The translations under genes and the position numbers were made by a program. A DNA stretch of 63,435 nucleotides, counting the filler, from Ministeria vibrans ATCC 50519 (Eukaryota; Protista; Filasterea): the NCBI GenBank assembly GCA_943704425.1. It is 4 parts of 4 records of this genome, joined end to end, with 100 filler letters (N's around TTAATTAATTAA, not from the genome) between each part and the next. Parts side by side here need not be neighbours in the genome. Positions count along the whole stretch, not along the records: positions 32,038 to 59,898 come from CALSCP010001199.1; positions 59,999 to 61,961 come from CALSCP010001232.1; positions 62,062 to 63,435 come from CALSCP010002767.1; 1 more part is not named here. One strand, written 5' to 3'. Each line of letters begins with the position of its first letter. Positions within the stretch are counted from its first letter, which is position 1. This document shows positions 50,162 to 63,266 of this stretch, one piece after another. The notes under the pieces are model-generated. The model was not told the origin of the DNA. It did no database searches and saw nothing but the letters and a program-made list of their open reading frames with translations.

Positions 50162-53100
50162 ATGGCAGTGTCCGTGTCTCTCATCGCGTGAGTTTTTTTT
50201 TTTTTTTTTTTTTTTTTGGTCGACAACTTTGACCGAGTCCTCTGTGAAAGCGGCCACGCCAGCGCCTGTTCTGCCATTGCCATCCCTTTATATCTATGGT
50301 ACACCCGCCTCCTGTCGGCTGGGGACGGGGGGGGGGGGTTGCAGTGCTCTTCTGAGAGACAGTCGCTGTGCACAAGTGAACTTGTTGAGTGTCATTTCGC
50401 CTTCTCGCGCACACCGATGCCCTTGCGTCATCGCCATTCTCTTCCTTCCTTCACTATTCTGCCGAGCTCTGGAATTGTCTGTCGCATTGTCTTGCTACAC
50501 GCTGCAAAACCCCATTCACAAGAGGTCTGAAACTTTTTTTCTCTCAACCTTTCCCTTTGCAGGAAAAGACACGGTCGGGCCTTCGCGACCTCTTTGTGCC
50601 ACCAGCTAAACGAGAGAAGGAAGAGGTAAACAGCGAGAGGCCGTGGAGCCAACACTCCGCCAGAGTCCCCATTTTTGACGCGATGCGTTTCAGACACTGC
50701 CAAAAACTAAAAATTCTTCTGACGTGCAGACCCATCACCACCAACCTCTACTAATTTTTTACTTCTTTTTCTTCTTCATTTGGCAAGGCATTACTTGTTC
50801 GTCAGGTATTGGCGACGGCGGCGATTGAGTCGCAGTTGGAGTTGGCCGAGCGCGATATGGACGAGACGGAGGCGAACTGCAGTGCGACACCCGAAGACGT
50901 CGAGGAGGACGTACAAGTAGGGGACGTTGGGGACGATGCAAAGGAGAATGGGAAGGATGATGAGGACGATGTGGATGCAGCGAAGCAGCTGCTGGCCGTG
51001 GTGGAAGAGGAGGCGGGCCAAGGACTCGTGAAGTTGTTGTCGTCTGAATCGGTACCTTCGTCGTCATCCTCGTCTTCTTCGTCGTCATTTTGCGAGTCGG
51101 ACGATGAGATTCCATCGTCGTCTTCTTTTGACGACGATGACGAGGATACGACGGTGACGGTGAAGGACCAGCCGATGGTGGCCGAACAGATGCAACAGAT
51201 GCAACAGGAGGGGATCAATGTGGCGCATATCGCTGGGGAGGAAGCATTTTCCTACCTCGAGGGTGTGATGGATGAAAAGCTGAGACTGCTCGAGGTGGCG
51301 CGGGAGCGAGAGGAAAAGGATGCAGAGGAACAGCGACGACTCGTCACCAATGCCACAAAGCAGACCAATGGTGGGGTGTCGTTGGAGGAAGTCGAGGGCG
51401 ACTACGTAGAGAACGACAGTGAATCGCGTGGAATGGACACGAACGAGAATGGGTGTGATGCAGTGGACGGATTTCCTGCAGCAACTTCTGATCCAAGCGA
51501 CCAGGCAGCGTCCGCACCAGTGCCAGTGAGCGCCCAAAAGAAAGTGTCCTATCTCAAAGACGTGCTTGTGCTGCAAGACGAACGAGTGCGCGCACGGGAG
51601 GAGGAGATGGAACGAGCACAACGAGAACAACTAGAGATGTTGAATCGCATTGTGCCCATTGACCTGGGCGAAGAAGAAGAGGAAGAAATTCGAGAAGAAG
51701 ATGAAGATGAAGAGGAGTACGGAGAAAAAGAATGCTCTGAGGTTGCCGGTGCGGCCAACGCTGGTGCGGGCACTAGCTATGACGAGGACGTAGACATGGC
51801 GCAATTTGACAACAGCAAGGAGGAGTGTAAGTCGCTCGTGTTGGCCTTACTGGTGGGGGCTGAGCATGGACCTCCGCCGCCACTTCCTCCACCACGTCCG
51901 CCTCTCCCCGCAGCGCGCATGCCCACGACGGAAGCACAACTGAGCGATGCTCTGTCTACCCTGTCGAGATTATCATCATCGTCGTCGTCATGGCGGCGTC
52001 GCAATGTACGTGATAATCGACGGCCGTCGTTGCGTGTGCGAGCCGGGTATCCTGGCGCGCTGTCGTCGGAGCGTCAAGCGATGGCTTTGGAAGCGGCCGG
52101 TCACCATGAAGGGAAGGATGAAGAGGAAGAGGAAGACGACGAAGAAGAAGAAGAAGAAGAAGAAGAAGAAGACGATGCAGCGGGCGCGTTCACGTCATCG
52201 TCGCTGGTCTCATTGCGTGTCCCCACTTCCCGCTATCGTTTTCACGACTTTGACCTCAGCGACGAAAGATCTGACGACGTGGCATCCTCATCAACCACCG
52301 CCACAGGTGCCGTTACAATCGCCACGATACAAGCAGCTGCATCACGCCGCCACCGTCACAGCCGGTCACGCTCGCACACCATGGCTCCCTCCTCTACCTC
52401 ATTCAACGGTGCCTCTGCGTCCAAGCCATGTCCCATCTGCATGGAACCCCTCGCCTACAACAAAGTCCACCGTGTCGGCACCTGTCGCTGCACCGTCTGC
52501 CTTCCCTGTGTTCAAACCGCATTTACTATTAAAATCAAGGTATGGCTGTGTGCACAGCGTGTGCGCTGTGGAGATGTAACAAATATGTGACATAGGAGGG
52601 CTCGGTGAGCAACATGTGCTGTCCTGTGTGCCAGATGGCGTGCACTCGCCACGCCATTTCCAGGGTCATCAAAGATGAAGCACTTCTTACCAGGTACCAC
52701 CCACCTATACATTATTTAGCCCATTGAGAAGGACTCACATAACTATGATGTTGCATCCTATATAGAATGGATGAGCTCCAGTTTGCGGCCAAGGTTGACA
52801 GAGACCCCACCATGGTGTGGTGTCCCACACCCGACTGCAACACAGCCGTGCAGCTGAGCGCCAAAGACGCGTCGGGGACTACGGATAACGACGGTACTAC
52901 AAGTGGCGCGTCCACTCTGAGTGTCATTACCGCTGGCGTGAGTCCCCATGCCGCCTGTCCGACGTGCCATCTTGAGTTTTGCGCCGACTGCCGTTCTCCC
53001 ACCTGGCACAAGGGCTCCACCTGTGACTCCCACGCGCGCCACGACAAGGACAAGGACAAGCGTCGTTTCCTTCGATGGGCGCACAAGCGCACCCGCACCT

Positions 53101-53605
53101 GTCCCAGTTGCAAGGTAACGCGTATTATGTCAACGCACAGCGTTTTGCAAGTTGAATACGATTTTAAAACTTGTGTTAGGTCAAGATTGAAAAGATTGTC
53201 GACGGCTCATGCAACCATATGGTGTGTTCGCGGTGCCAGTGTGAGTTTTGTTGGCTGTGCGGGCGCGACATTCCCCCCATTGGTCACTTTGATCGCAACA
53301 ACCTTCGAGGCTGTCCTGGTCTACAGTTTGGTGGAGATAGGTGAGCTTCGAACACCTCTGCAATGGCAGCGCAGCTGTACATCTGCCGATGCTTTCTTGT
53401 TGCTCATTCTTTTATATGTAGTTTTGCACCCATGCGGCGGTTTGGCGCGAAAAGTCGCGTTGTCGGTCGGTATACGGGCAAAGGGTTGCTGTACGTGGCG
53501 CTAACACCTGTCGTTGTCGCCCTCGCTCTGCCTGCCCTTGCCGTCTACGGCAGTGTCGCTATTCATCAGCGCCATCGTCGGCGGCGTACCCAGTCAAATA
53601 CTTGA
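50162..53605 (+). CDS. RBR (RING1-IBR-RING2) E3 ubiquitin ligase, RNF217/RNF144-like, with a long acidic N-terminus and C-terminal TM; 5' exons tentative
   Basis: CPICME...CTVCLPC, WCPTPDC...CPTCHLEFCADC...WH...C, CPSCK..IEKIVDGSCNHMVCSRCQCEFCWLC and a hydrophobic tail. Confidence 0.88.
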
Positions 53606-53980
53606 AACCCTTTCAACTGTTAATATATATATATATAATTATTATATAATTATTATACTCATGAATCTGTTGTTGTTCGTGTGTTTTGGTCTTTTTCATC
53701 CGAAGAACGAAAAAGTGGATTTTGGGGAATCACAATCAAGGCTGATCAATACTGAATAAGAGGAGTATACTGGTATAGTCACTATAGTACTCGATCACTA
53801 CAGTACACTCGAACTATAGTATGAAGCAAGCATATATCCTTCTTGAGTTTCTTCAGCTTCGAGATTGGAAAATTAGATCGAATTACGAATAATATTATTA
53901 TAATAATTAATAATAATAATAATTATTATTGTTACTAATTAATTTTATATATTTTTATAATTAAAAAATTATTAGATTGT

Positions 53981-56684
53981 ATGAACCTCGCTCCAACTAT
54001 CCCGATTATCCCTTTAGAAAATGCAGTTCTCCTCCCTGGCTGCATTCTACGCGTGTCCATAACAAGCGCTGAAAGTGGTAATAATTTGAACTTTCGTCTC
54101 TCCTAGTCGGTAGAGACGCCACCCTCACCCATTCACACTCTCTCCTCGACAGTGCACCTTGTGTCAAGTACCCTGTGGCAAGTGGAAGAAAGGGGGCTTG
54201 TGGGATTTGTGCCACAGGCGACCAGTCTCTCCGATGCCACCAACCCCCTGTCCCTTTTGCACTGTCGCGGCACAGCAGCGCGCGTGATTCGCGTCGCTCG
54301 CACCGCACGCCCGAGTCCATCGTTTTTATTGCTTGTCCAAGGCACGTGTCGCTTTGAACTCACTGCCATGGAGCGCACCAAGCCATTTCCCGTCGCCAAA
54401 GTGCGTCAACTCGACGAGTTCGCTGCCATCACCGCCACTGACCAGCCCGCCGATGCCGAGATGATTTCAGACCTTGCTGATCAGCTTCGTGCCCGTGCTC
54501 GTGAACTGGTTGCTCTCTTGGGCAACGTGCGCTACGCTCAGCGCATTCAAGAGCTCATTGAACGCACTGCACCGCCCCGTCTTGCAGACATTTTCATGTC
54601 AATGGTTGAGGCGAGCTACGACGAGCGTCTTGCCATGCTCGATGCAGTCCAACCAGTACCACGTCTTAAGCTTGCGCTGGAGTTGCTTCAGCGACAAATG
54701 CAAATGCTCTCTCTGACCCAACGGCTCAATCACCAAATGGAAAGCTCCATGAATCGTTCGCAGCGCACCCAAGTACGATCATATCGCTTCCCCGGTACAC
54801 CACCTCACGCTTGTTATTTCTTTGGTATAGAGCTTACGTGAGCAGCTCAAGGCAATACAAGAGGAGCTTCGTCAACATGGTGGACTTCCATCGAGCCGTC
54901 CTGGCAATGGCAGTGCCTCTGGATCAGCAGCATCTGCAAGCGACGAGGACGATGGTGCGCTGAGGGATCTCGAAGCCAAGCTACAAGAGGCCGCACTGCC
55001 TGAGGAAGTGCGTGCCGTGGCCGAGCGTGAAATGGCGCGACTTCGACGGATGAACGCACAGCAGTCTGAGTACAGCGTGACACGCACCTACCTCGAGTGC
55101 ATTGCCGAGGTGCCATGGACGACGGAAACCGAAGACAGTCGCGACCTAGCAGCCGCACGTGCTGTGCTGGACGCGGACCACTGCGGTTTGGACACCGTTA
55201 AGAAGCGCCTTGTCGAGTTCCTTGCCGTGCGCTGCCTTGCTCCTCACTCGCCTGCACCCATCTTGCTTCTCGTCGGTCCCCCGGGAGTTGGCAAAACCTC
55301 GTTGGGTCAGAGTGTCGCGCGTGCACTCCAGCGCAACTTCCAGCGAGTGTCACTGGGTGGCGTGCGTGACGAGGCCGAAATTCGCGGCCACCGGCGCACC
55401 TACGTGGCTGCCATGCCCGGCCGTCTTGTCGCCGCCCTCAAACGCGCTCGCTCGCGCAATCCTGTTTTGCTTCTCGACGAAGTCGACAAACTCACGCGCG
55501 ACTCGGTGCGCGGCGATCCTTCCGCTGCACTCCTTGAAGTGCTCGATCCCGAGCAGAACAACTCCTTCACCGACCACTACTTGGCACTTCCGCTCGATCT
55601 CTCGCGCGTCCTCTTCATCGCCACTGCAAACGATACCTCGTCGATTCCCGCGCCGCTTCTCGATCGAATGGAGCTCATTGAAGTCAGTGCTGCATTTCTT
55701 ACACGACGAGATGACACCGCGCACTTTGTTCACTCACATTTTCTTTTTCATTTTTTTTTTGCACTTTTTCTTTTGACGATATAGATTCCTGGCTATACGG
55801 TTCGCGAAAAGATGGAGATTGGACGAAAACACTTGTGGGAGCGACAGGTGAGCCGACACGGACTCAAGAGTGCGCAAGTGCGTATGAGAGACGACGCACT
55901 GGAGATGGTTATTGAGCGGTACACGCGCGAGGCGGGTGTGCGAGGACTGGAGCGGCATTTGGCGGCGTTGTGTCGGATGCTGGCGGTGGACGCGGCGGAG
56001 CACATGGAGGAAGAGACACAATATGTGATTGACTGTGAGGCGGTTGAGCGGTGTCTGGGTGCTGGGATGTATGAGAATGAGCTGGCGTCGCGGGTGGGTG
56101 TGCCTGGCGTGGCAACGGGGCTGGTGTGGACGACGGTGGGTGGGAAAATTATGTTTGTTGAGGCGACGCAAATGGGTGGTGGCAAGGGGGCGCTGACGCT
56201 GACGGGGAGTCTGGGCAAGGTGATCAAGGAAAGTGCACGCATTGCGTTGAATTGGGTACGTGCCAATGCGTTTACATGTGGTCTTGCTGCGTCCGACGCG
56301 GAGAATGTCATGGACGGCGTCGATGTTCATGTGCACTTTCCCTCCGGTGCGGTGCCCAAGGATGGTCCGTCTGCGGGTGTGACGCTCGTGACAGTGCTTG
56401 TGTCGCTACTGAGCGATCGAGTGGTGCGTTCGGACACGGCCATGACCGGTGAAGTGACTCTGACGGGACGTGTACTTCCTGTGGGGGGCGTGAAGGAGAA
56501 GGTGATTGCAGCACACCGTGCGGGTGTAAAGCGCGTGATTCTGCCCCGTCGCAACATGAAGGACCTTAAAGAGGTGCCCGACTGCGTGCGCGACGACATT
56601 GTCTTCATTCCCGTCGACATCGTTGACGATGTGCTTGCCGCCGCCTTTGACGGTGGCTTCCGTTTGCTGCACGCCAAGTTGTAG
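53981..56684 (+). CDS. LONP2: Peroxisomal Lon protease
   Basis: VLLPG N-domain, [25 protein letters not shown] (catalytic Ser), VGGVKEK and C-terminal PTS1 AKL. Confidence 0.96.
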
Positions 56685-56904
56685 ATTTTCATATACAGTA
56701 AAATATCAATAAGTATAACGTCTTAACTCTCAAGAGTCTAAGTTATTGGCTGTTTTAATTACTAAATTCCCCAATACTCAATAATCAAGTAATAGTCCCC
56801 GACAAATGTCAAATGATACTACTCATCAGACAATGATCTCAAGATTTAAAATGTGAAAATTCTGAATAATTTATTATGACTTATAATAAGTTTTTTGTTT
56901 TCTT

Positions 56905-56916
56905 TTTGGCGGGAAA
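56905..56916. promoter_or_regulatory. Overlapping double E2F-type site TTTGGCGGGAAA just upstream of DSCC1
   Basis: Matches TTTSSCGS on both strands, 16 bp before the ATG of a replication/cohesion gene. Confidence 0.55.
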
Positions 56917-56932
56917 AAGACAATCAAAGAAA

Positions 56933-58763
56933 ATGGCAACAGATTTGGGGTTGGCGGGATCACAACGAACACTTCTGGTGATGGATGAAGCGGGCGTGAG
57001 TGATGCTGTGCCGTACCAGCTGTTAGAAATGGACGATGCAGTGATGGAATCGTTGCGCGTTGGTGACAGGTAAAAGTGCGTCGCGTCCTCTCTCGCGCCC
57101 TGGCTCGCGCACACGCATTCACGCACTCGCGTTCAATAGAGTGTACATCAAGGGACCCGGTGTTGACGAGGAGGCGGTCCTGTGCACCTCGTCATCGACA
57201 TACCAACTCAAGTTTGCCGACACGTCCAACTCGCTGTTGCTCGCCACACCAGCCTCGCCCGCCGTTGATGCTGCCGACCAAGAGACAGGTATGTATGTAT
57301 GTGTGTGTGTGTGTGTGTATTTGGACGCCAGGGGAGGGAATTGACCGCTTCTTGGTGGCGCAGCACCCGACGGAAAGCCCATCACCCACCTGCAACGCAT
57401 CCATGGCAATCTTGGTGTGCATCTTGAGCTTAAATCAATGCTTCCACGGCTCGACACACTCTATAAGCTGTTACACGAGGCGCCGCGAGCTGGCGGGAAG
57501 GCCAGCGGTGAAGAAAGCAATGTACAACGAGACGAGGGACGAGAGGGTGCTTTGCTTTTGTTGACAAGTGTGTTGCTCTCGATTTTGGCATAGCTCACAT
57601 GGGACTATCTTTTGGCACACGTACAAGCGAGTGAAGAGGAGCTGCGAAATGCGCTAGAGTCTCTATTTGCAGTGGAAGTGGACGGTACGTCGTTGAGATG
57701 GAGGGATACAGAGGAATGATGGTGTTCTTGCGCAGGGCGGTACTATTTGGTGGACGAGACGCTGGAGGATAAGGCCTTTGATTTGATCCTGACAACAGCC
57801 GAGGCAGAAAACTGGGATTTTGACAAGGTGTCAGTGGCGCAGTGCATTGCTGCTCTAAAGGTATTGGAGACAATAAAAAATCGACAATTACACACTAATT
57901 ATTTTGCATAGGGGCATGACATTCCGTCGTTTGCGATCCGACACGCGCTGCTGGTACATGGACAACGACGGAACGAAGAGAGCACGACTGGGACCGCTGA
58001 CAGCAGCAACGGCGCAGCAACAGAATATGGGAATGCGCAGAAGGGAGTGGTGCTGCGGGTGAGCACTGGTGGGAGCACTGGTGACACTTGTGTGGATGAT
58101 GGCGGCATTGGTGACGATGTACCTTGCTGGGTGCTTGCTCAGGAACCTGTTTGTCGATTTCGCGCTGAGTCTCTTTTGCGCTTGGCTCATCCTCAGGTCT
58201 GGAGATGGCATTTGCTATTAATTTTTATTTATTTTATTTTTTGCGACACGCTCACCCTGCTCTAAATTAGACGTGGAATCGCGATGAGTTTCTTTCGTCC
58301 TGGGACAACAGTGTGCCACTACCTTTTAAAGTGGATCCAAAGTACCTTGCGGTAAGACATACACACACACGCACACACGTAAAATTCAGCCAAGGGCGAG
58401 CGCAGCATTAAACCCTCACACGAAGCACGCCAAGTTACATATTATATACATAATATGTAATACACAGACGACACGCCAATGAGCTCACCAAAACCGGCTT
58501 GTTAGGGACTGTGCATTGAACAGAGCGAGACGGACAAGCAACTGCCTACCCTGCGCTATTTCCCGGCTGCCCAGCTCAGACGCACCCATGCACTCGCCCA
58601 AGATCGCTTCCGTGCGCTCTTTGAAGCACAAGCCAAGTGGCCTCTCGACGCGCTCATTCCGTACGTGTCCGATTTGTGTCAGCGCACCAAACTCGATGTG
58701 CTGCTCCTCAAGTACGCGCGAATGAGCTCGTCAAAGAATGGCAAATTGTATTCTGCCAAGTGA
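56933..58763 (+). CDS. DSCC1: Sister chromatid cohesion protein DCC1 (Ctf18-RFC subunit), multi-exon
   Basis: YQLLEMD, IKG...EEAVLCTSSSTYQLKFADTSNSLLL, RFRALF....KW and LLLKYAR. Confidence 0.88.
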
Positions 58764-58994
58764 CGTTTCACAGTTTTCCTCCCGATTCACATTCACCCAC
58801 CAATTTGTTCATTGTAGCCTCAAGTTTGTACACACACATACATATATAATAAATATTTTTTCTCGTTCCCTTTTCCTTCGTTTACTTGATCTTCAAACTG
58901 AAATTAATAATAATAAATCGTCTCGAATCAATTAAATCAAAAGTCAAAACAAAAATACTCCTTCCCCCCTCCCCCTCCCGCCCTTCCAATTGCT

Positions 58995-59704
58995 ATGGCC
59001 TCCACCGAGGAGCCATCAGACAGTCCCGGCGGCAGCGATTACGATGATTACGACGAAACGCCTGGTTTAGACGAAGATGAACTTCGCGACGAGGAGGTGA
59101 GTCCATAGCAGAAAAAAAAAAAAAGGGAGGAAAGAGGGGCGAAGGGAGCGATGCGGGGCGATCGAGTGAGTGCGAGTGTGGCTTATTGCATGCTGTTGTT
59201 GTGTTTCAGCTGCGGATGATGTCGATGTCTTCGTCGTCGGTGACGCGCGACGATGCGATGGACGCCTTCTTCGACGAAGACACCACACAGTCGCCTCCTC
59301 CGCTTCCCTCGCTGCCTCCCCCGCTGCCGTCGCTGCCTCCACCCGGACCAGTCTCCACCACACCCTCGTCCGCAGCCCCGAGTCGACCAGCAAGCCTATT
59401 TGCGCCTCCGTCAACCATGTCGTTTCAGAGCGCCTCGTCGCTCCCGCCCCCTCCCGTCCTTACACAGCGCTCCCCAAGCCCAAGCCCGCGCTCGACGCTC
59501 CACGAAGACTCCGATACCATCTCGAGTGCATTGCCCTCGTCGCAGTCACTCGGCAAGTCCACCAAGGCGCCGCGCAGAGGGCGTCCTCAGAGTATGCGTG
59601 TCGATCGGCATGTCGCATCGGTCGGCACTCTCGTTGTCAAAGTGCTCAATCCAAACGGTGTCACGCGCGGCGCTGTCACCATTGAGACGCACAATACTGG
59701 TCGC
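58995..59704 (+). CDS. 5' exons of an unidentified Pro/Ser-rich protein, truncated by the gap
   Basis: ATG at 58995, GT-AG intron ~59097-59209, open frame to a GTAAGT donor at 59705. Confidence 0.5.
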
Positions 59705-59709
<5 letters not shown>

Positions 59710-59762
<53 letters not shown>

Positions 59763-59853
59763 CTTTGTTTCTCTCTCTCTCTATCGATCACTTTCTCTCT
59801 ATCTATCACTTTGTTTCTCTCTCTATCACTTTGTTTCTCCCTCCCTCCCTCCT

Positions 59854-59897
<44 letters not shown>
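59710..59897. repeat. (CT)n plus TCTATCACTTTGTTTC minisatellite ending at an N-gap
   Basis: Read directly from the sequence. Confidence 0.9.
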
Positions 59898-59898
<1 letters not shown>

Positions 59899-59942
59899 NN
59901 NNNNNNNNNNNNNNNNNNNNNNNNNNNNNNNNNNNNNNNNNN

Positions 59943-59954
59943 TTAATTAATTAA
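59943..59954. other. Artificial contig linker TTAATTAATTAA
   Basis: Within an N-run. Confidence 0.95.
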
Positions 59955-60019
59955 NNNNNNNNNNNNNNNNNNNNNNNNNNNNNNNNNNNNNNNNNNNNTT
60001 TTTTTTTGTCCTGTTTCAG

Positions 60020-60780
60020 TTACGGACTCGATGGCTCACATATGTTCTTCCACGCATTCGCGTACGACGGGAGAAAGTTTGCTGTGGGGGATTGTATCCG
60101 GTTGAAGATGGACGAGGACGAGCCCATGGCGTTTGGCGAGGTAGTGAATGCGAGCGGTGTCATACTCATCGTAATAATACTAATAATTATTATTATTACT
60201 ATTATTACATTATGTAGATTTTACAGTTGTGGTCCGATTTGCCCACGAGAGAGATGCGTGTACTTGTGCAAATGTATTACTTCCCCGAAAACAGTCCGGT
60301 GGGACGACTCAATCATCACGGAGAGGTAGGAAAGACTAAAACCAAACGTCGGTTTGTTGTATAACGCTGTTCAAATAGGACGAAGTTCTTGCGGGTTGGA
60401 CGCTCGAGAATATACGGTGTACACAACTTGCAAGACTGGAGGTCTTTGGTATGTTGCAGAGAGACGATTGAATGGAATGGATCACTGTTCATTGTGGTGG
60501 TGTGTAGACCGCGAGAATGCAGATGAGGCAATGCTCAAGCGACCGCTCTTACTGCGCTACAACGCCTACTGTCGCTTCAAGGCGTCCCAGAGAAGGTAGT
60601 GTTACAACATTTTCGTTGTTTACTTTGTTGTTATTTGCACCACAGCATATTTATGTATAACTGACCTGGTCTGCTTTTTACAGAGCGGAGGCGCATGGCG
60701 CAGAGACTGTGGGTGGACGTCAGGTCATTTTCTGTCGCACGCAGTTTCGCGGTCTTGATGTCACACCTTTACGCATCTGA
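60020..60780 (+). CDS. BAH-domain protein (ARID5B N-terminal type), 3' exons
   Basis: Spliced product YGLDGSHMFFHAF...VGDCIRL...GEILQLW...YYFPENSPVGRLNHHGEDEVL...RYNAYCRFK...VIFCRTQF...*. Confidence 0.75.
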
Positions 60781-62005
60781 CAACCAGAGCATCGAGCCAT
60801 CACAAATAGGCACCTTCCACGCGACATAATCTCTTTGTACCAACATAAAAATTTCACAATACTATACTCCCTTGGAAGCGGCGGAGCTTCCTCATTCTGC
60901 CTAGCCATCTACTTCTACTATCAAGTCGGTTGAAGTGGCGGAGATTCTTCATTCTACTTGGCCATCTACTTCTAGCGGCGCGAGATCGTGAGAGAGCACG
61001 ATGAATATTAATAATTATGATACCTTAGAGGAGAACCGCGAACTTCCAGCGAACTCCCAAACAAAGCATTGTTCTTCCCTTCATCCTTCCTGCCGCGTCC
61101 TTCTTCTGTTCTGGCACTTATGTGTCCAGCATCATCATACCAATGGCATTATTGATAAACAGAGGTACGTAAGTTCTATCTCGTGCTCATGTCTCATGTC
61201 GATTTCGCTTATTTGCTAAAAAAGGCAATTCGATATTTTACCGACCGAAGAGTCGAAACGCTCTCTGTCTCCGTAGCGTTTGCACCCACGACCTACCACA
61301 CACCATTCATAGTGTGTATTCATTGTTTCACCGCCTCACGAGCCACTACCGACACTCCGCTTTGTGTTTTCTTTTCGCTCCGTCTCTTAGATCTGACGCT
61401 CAATATGACGCCCGCTCGCTTATTATTCTATATCGCATCGGCAAATCGAGTTAAAATTAAATCAGAATTCAGATCACTCCATTTTCCCTCTCTCTCCAAC
61501 CTGAACTTGCCTTTCCGCCCTCTTTATTCCCGACTCTTTGTGCCCTCGAGAGTACCACCCCCCCCCCACTTGTCACTTGACCGCTCTCAGCTGCGCTTGC
61601 CTTTCCTTTTCATGTAATTTCACCGCAACCCGTCCCGTATCGCCCCGCTCGCGTCTCGCCGCGAACCCTCCCCACGCGAACGCTTCATGCTTACCTATTC
61701 TCCTTAGGGGCTTCTCTTGGGGTCCCTTCTTCAAGGGCTCCAGCCGCTGCTGCGCGTCCTCTGCCAAGTCGCTAGAACACCTCTCCTCCTCTCTTGTCTT
61801 TCTCCTGCTCCCAGACAACGATTCTCAGCTACCTGCACCATCTACGTCAACCCCATGGGGTCGCGATAAGGCGCCGGCGTTGGTAAGTCGCTTCTCTCGT
61901 GTCATTTTTTCCCTTCCAAAAACAAGCGAACGAATCTCGACAAAAAAAAAAAAAAAAAAAANNNNNNNNNNNNNNNNNNNNNNNNNNNNNNNNNNNNNNN
62001 NNNNN

Positions 62006-62017
62006 TTAATTAATTAA
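62006..62017. other. Artificial contig linker TTAATTAATTAA
   Basis: Within an N-run. Confidence 0.95.
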
Positions 62018-62061
62018 NNNNNNNNNNNNNNNNNNNNNNNNNNNNNNNNNNNNNNNNNNNN

Positions 62062-62168
<107 letters not shown>

Positions 62169-62189
62169 TTCTTTTTTTTCTTGTCATAG

Positions 62190-63095
62190 TTGGAATCCAG
62201 CTCATGAACTGCAAGCTCAAGATCGGGCGTTTCGCCTGGGTCAACGGCGCAACGTTGACGTGTTTCGTTTGATTTCACGCGGCACGATTGAGGAACTCAT
62301 TTACGACCGACAAATCTACAAGCAACAGGTGCCCTTGTTCGCTTTAGATCTGATCGACATGAACTGACTGTCAACCTGCAAAATCCATGCCTTTCTCAGA
62401 TTGCCAATATGGCACAAGAACAGACTCACGAGCTACGTCTTCACGAAGGTGTCCAGAACGACAAGACGAAGAAAGGACAGCTGTGGGGTCTGGTGAACCT
62501 GCTGTCACGACGGCCCGTCGACACAGAGGCAGCGGTGAGGTCGGTGAAAGACTTGATTGACGGTGCAAAGCCACTGGATGCGAGTGACCTTGCAGAGGAC
62601 GCGCTGTTGGCCGGCGTGGGCGACGACCATAGTACCGATGCTGGTGGTGATGTGGAAGGCTGCCATACTCACGAAGAGGCGACGAGCACCAGTGAATGTC
62701 ATCCGACGACGACAGCGGACACCTTTGAGAAGATGCTGGAAAAAATTGGTGTCAATTATATGCTGCAACATGGTGATGTGGTTGGTGACAATGAGGAGGA
62801 CAAACGCGTGACAGAGGAGGCACGGCGCGCGGGTCATAAAGCCCTTGCAGCAACGGAGACTGCATATAGTTTTTATGGCAAGGTACGCAAGCGACGCGCC
62901 AAGATGGGCGAAGTGCACCTCAAGGACATGATTCGGCGTGGACTTGTTCCCGACGCAATTAGCACCATCGATGCCGCCTCCTACTTCTTGTACACACTCA
63001 CAGACGATGTGGCGCGTCAATATTTCCTGGATGCCTACTACGCGCTGCTAGACGCGGAGTTGCAACAGCTGGACAGCACGAAGAAAGGAAAATAG
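62190..63095 (+). CDS. ERCC6L2: SNF2-family ATPase, ERCC6L2/Rad26-like, C-terminal exons
   Basis: [50 protein letters not shown]...[10 protein letters not shown] and the VIGSSK-like [13 protein letters not shown]. Confidence 0.8.
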
Positions 63096-63151
63096 CCCAT
63101 TGTACAATAATAATAATACTAGTAATAATAATAATAATAAGAAAAATAATT

Positions 63152-63266
63152 AATAGAGAATCAAGGTACTCAATGTCAAAAAAAACTACTATATAAAAAA
63201 CAAAGAGCAGCACAATACTTCCACCGTAGACTTCCAAACAAAAATGACCCGAAAGAAGCCCATAGA
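63152..63266. mobile_element. Dispersed ~115-bp element, second long copy
   Basis: Aligns with 48156-48278; bounded on one side by (AAT)n. Confidence 0.6.

Noticed and set aside
53764-53823. Cluster of short palindromes (ACTATAGT, AGTACT, GTATAC) upstream of LONP2
   Set aside because: Low-complexity, no extended stem and no second copy in the window.
61573-61905. Possible minus-strand exon(s) of an unknown gene
   Set aside because: Short ORF, no recognisable motif and no convincing splice model.
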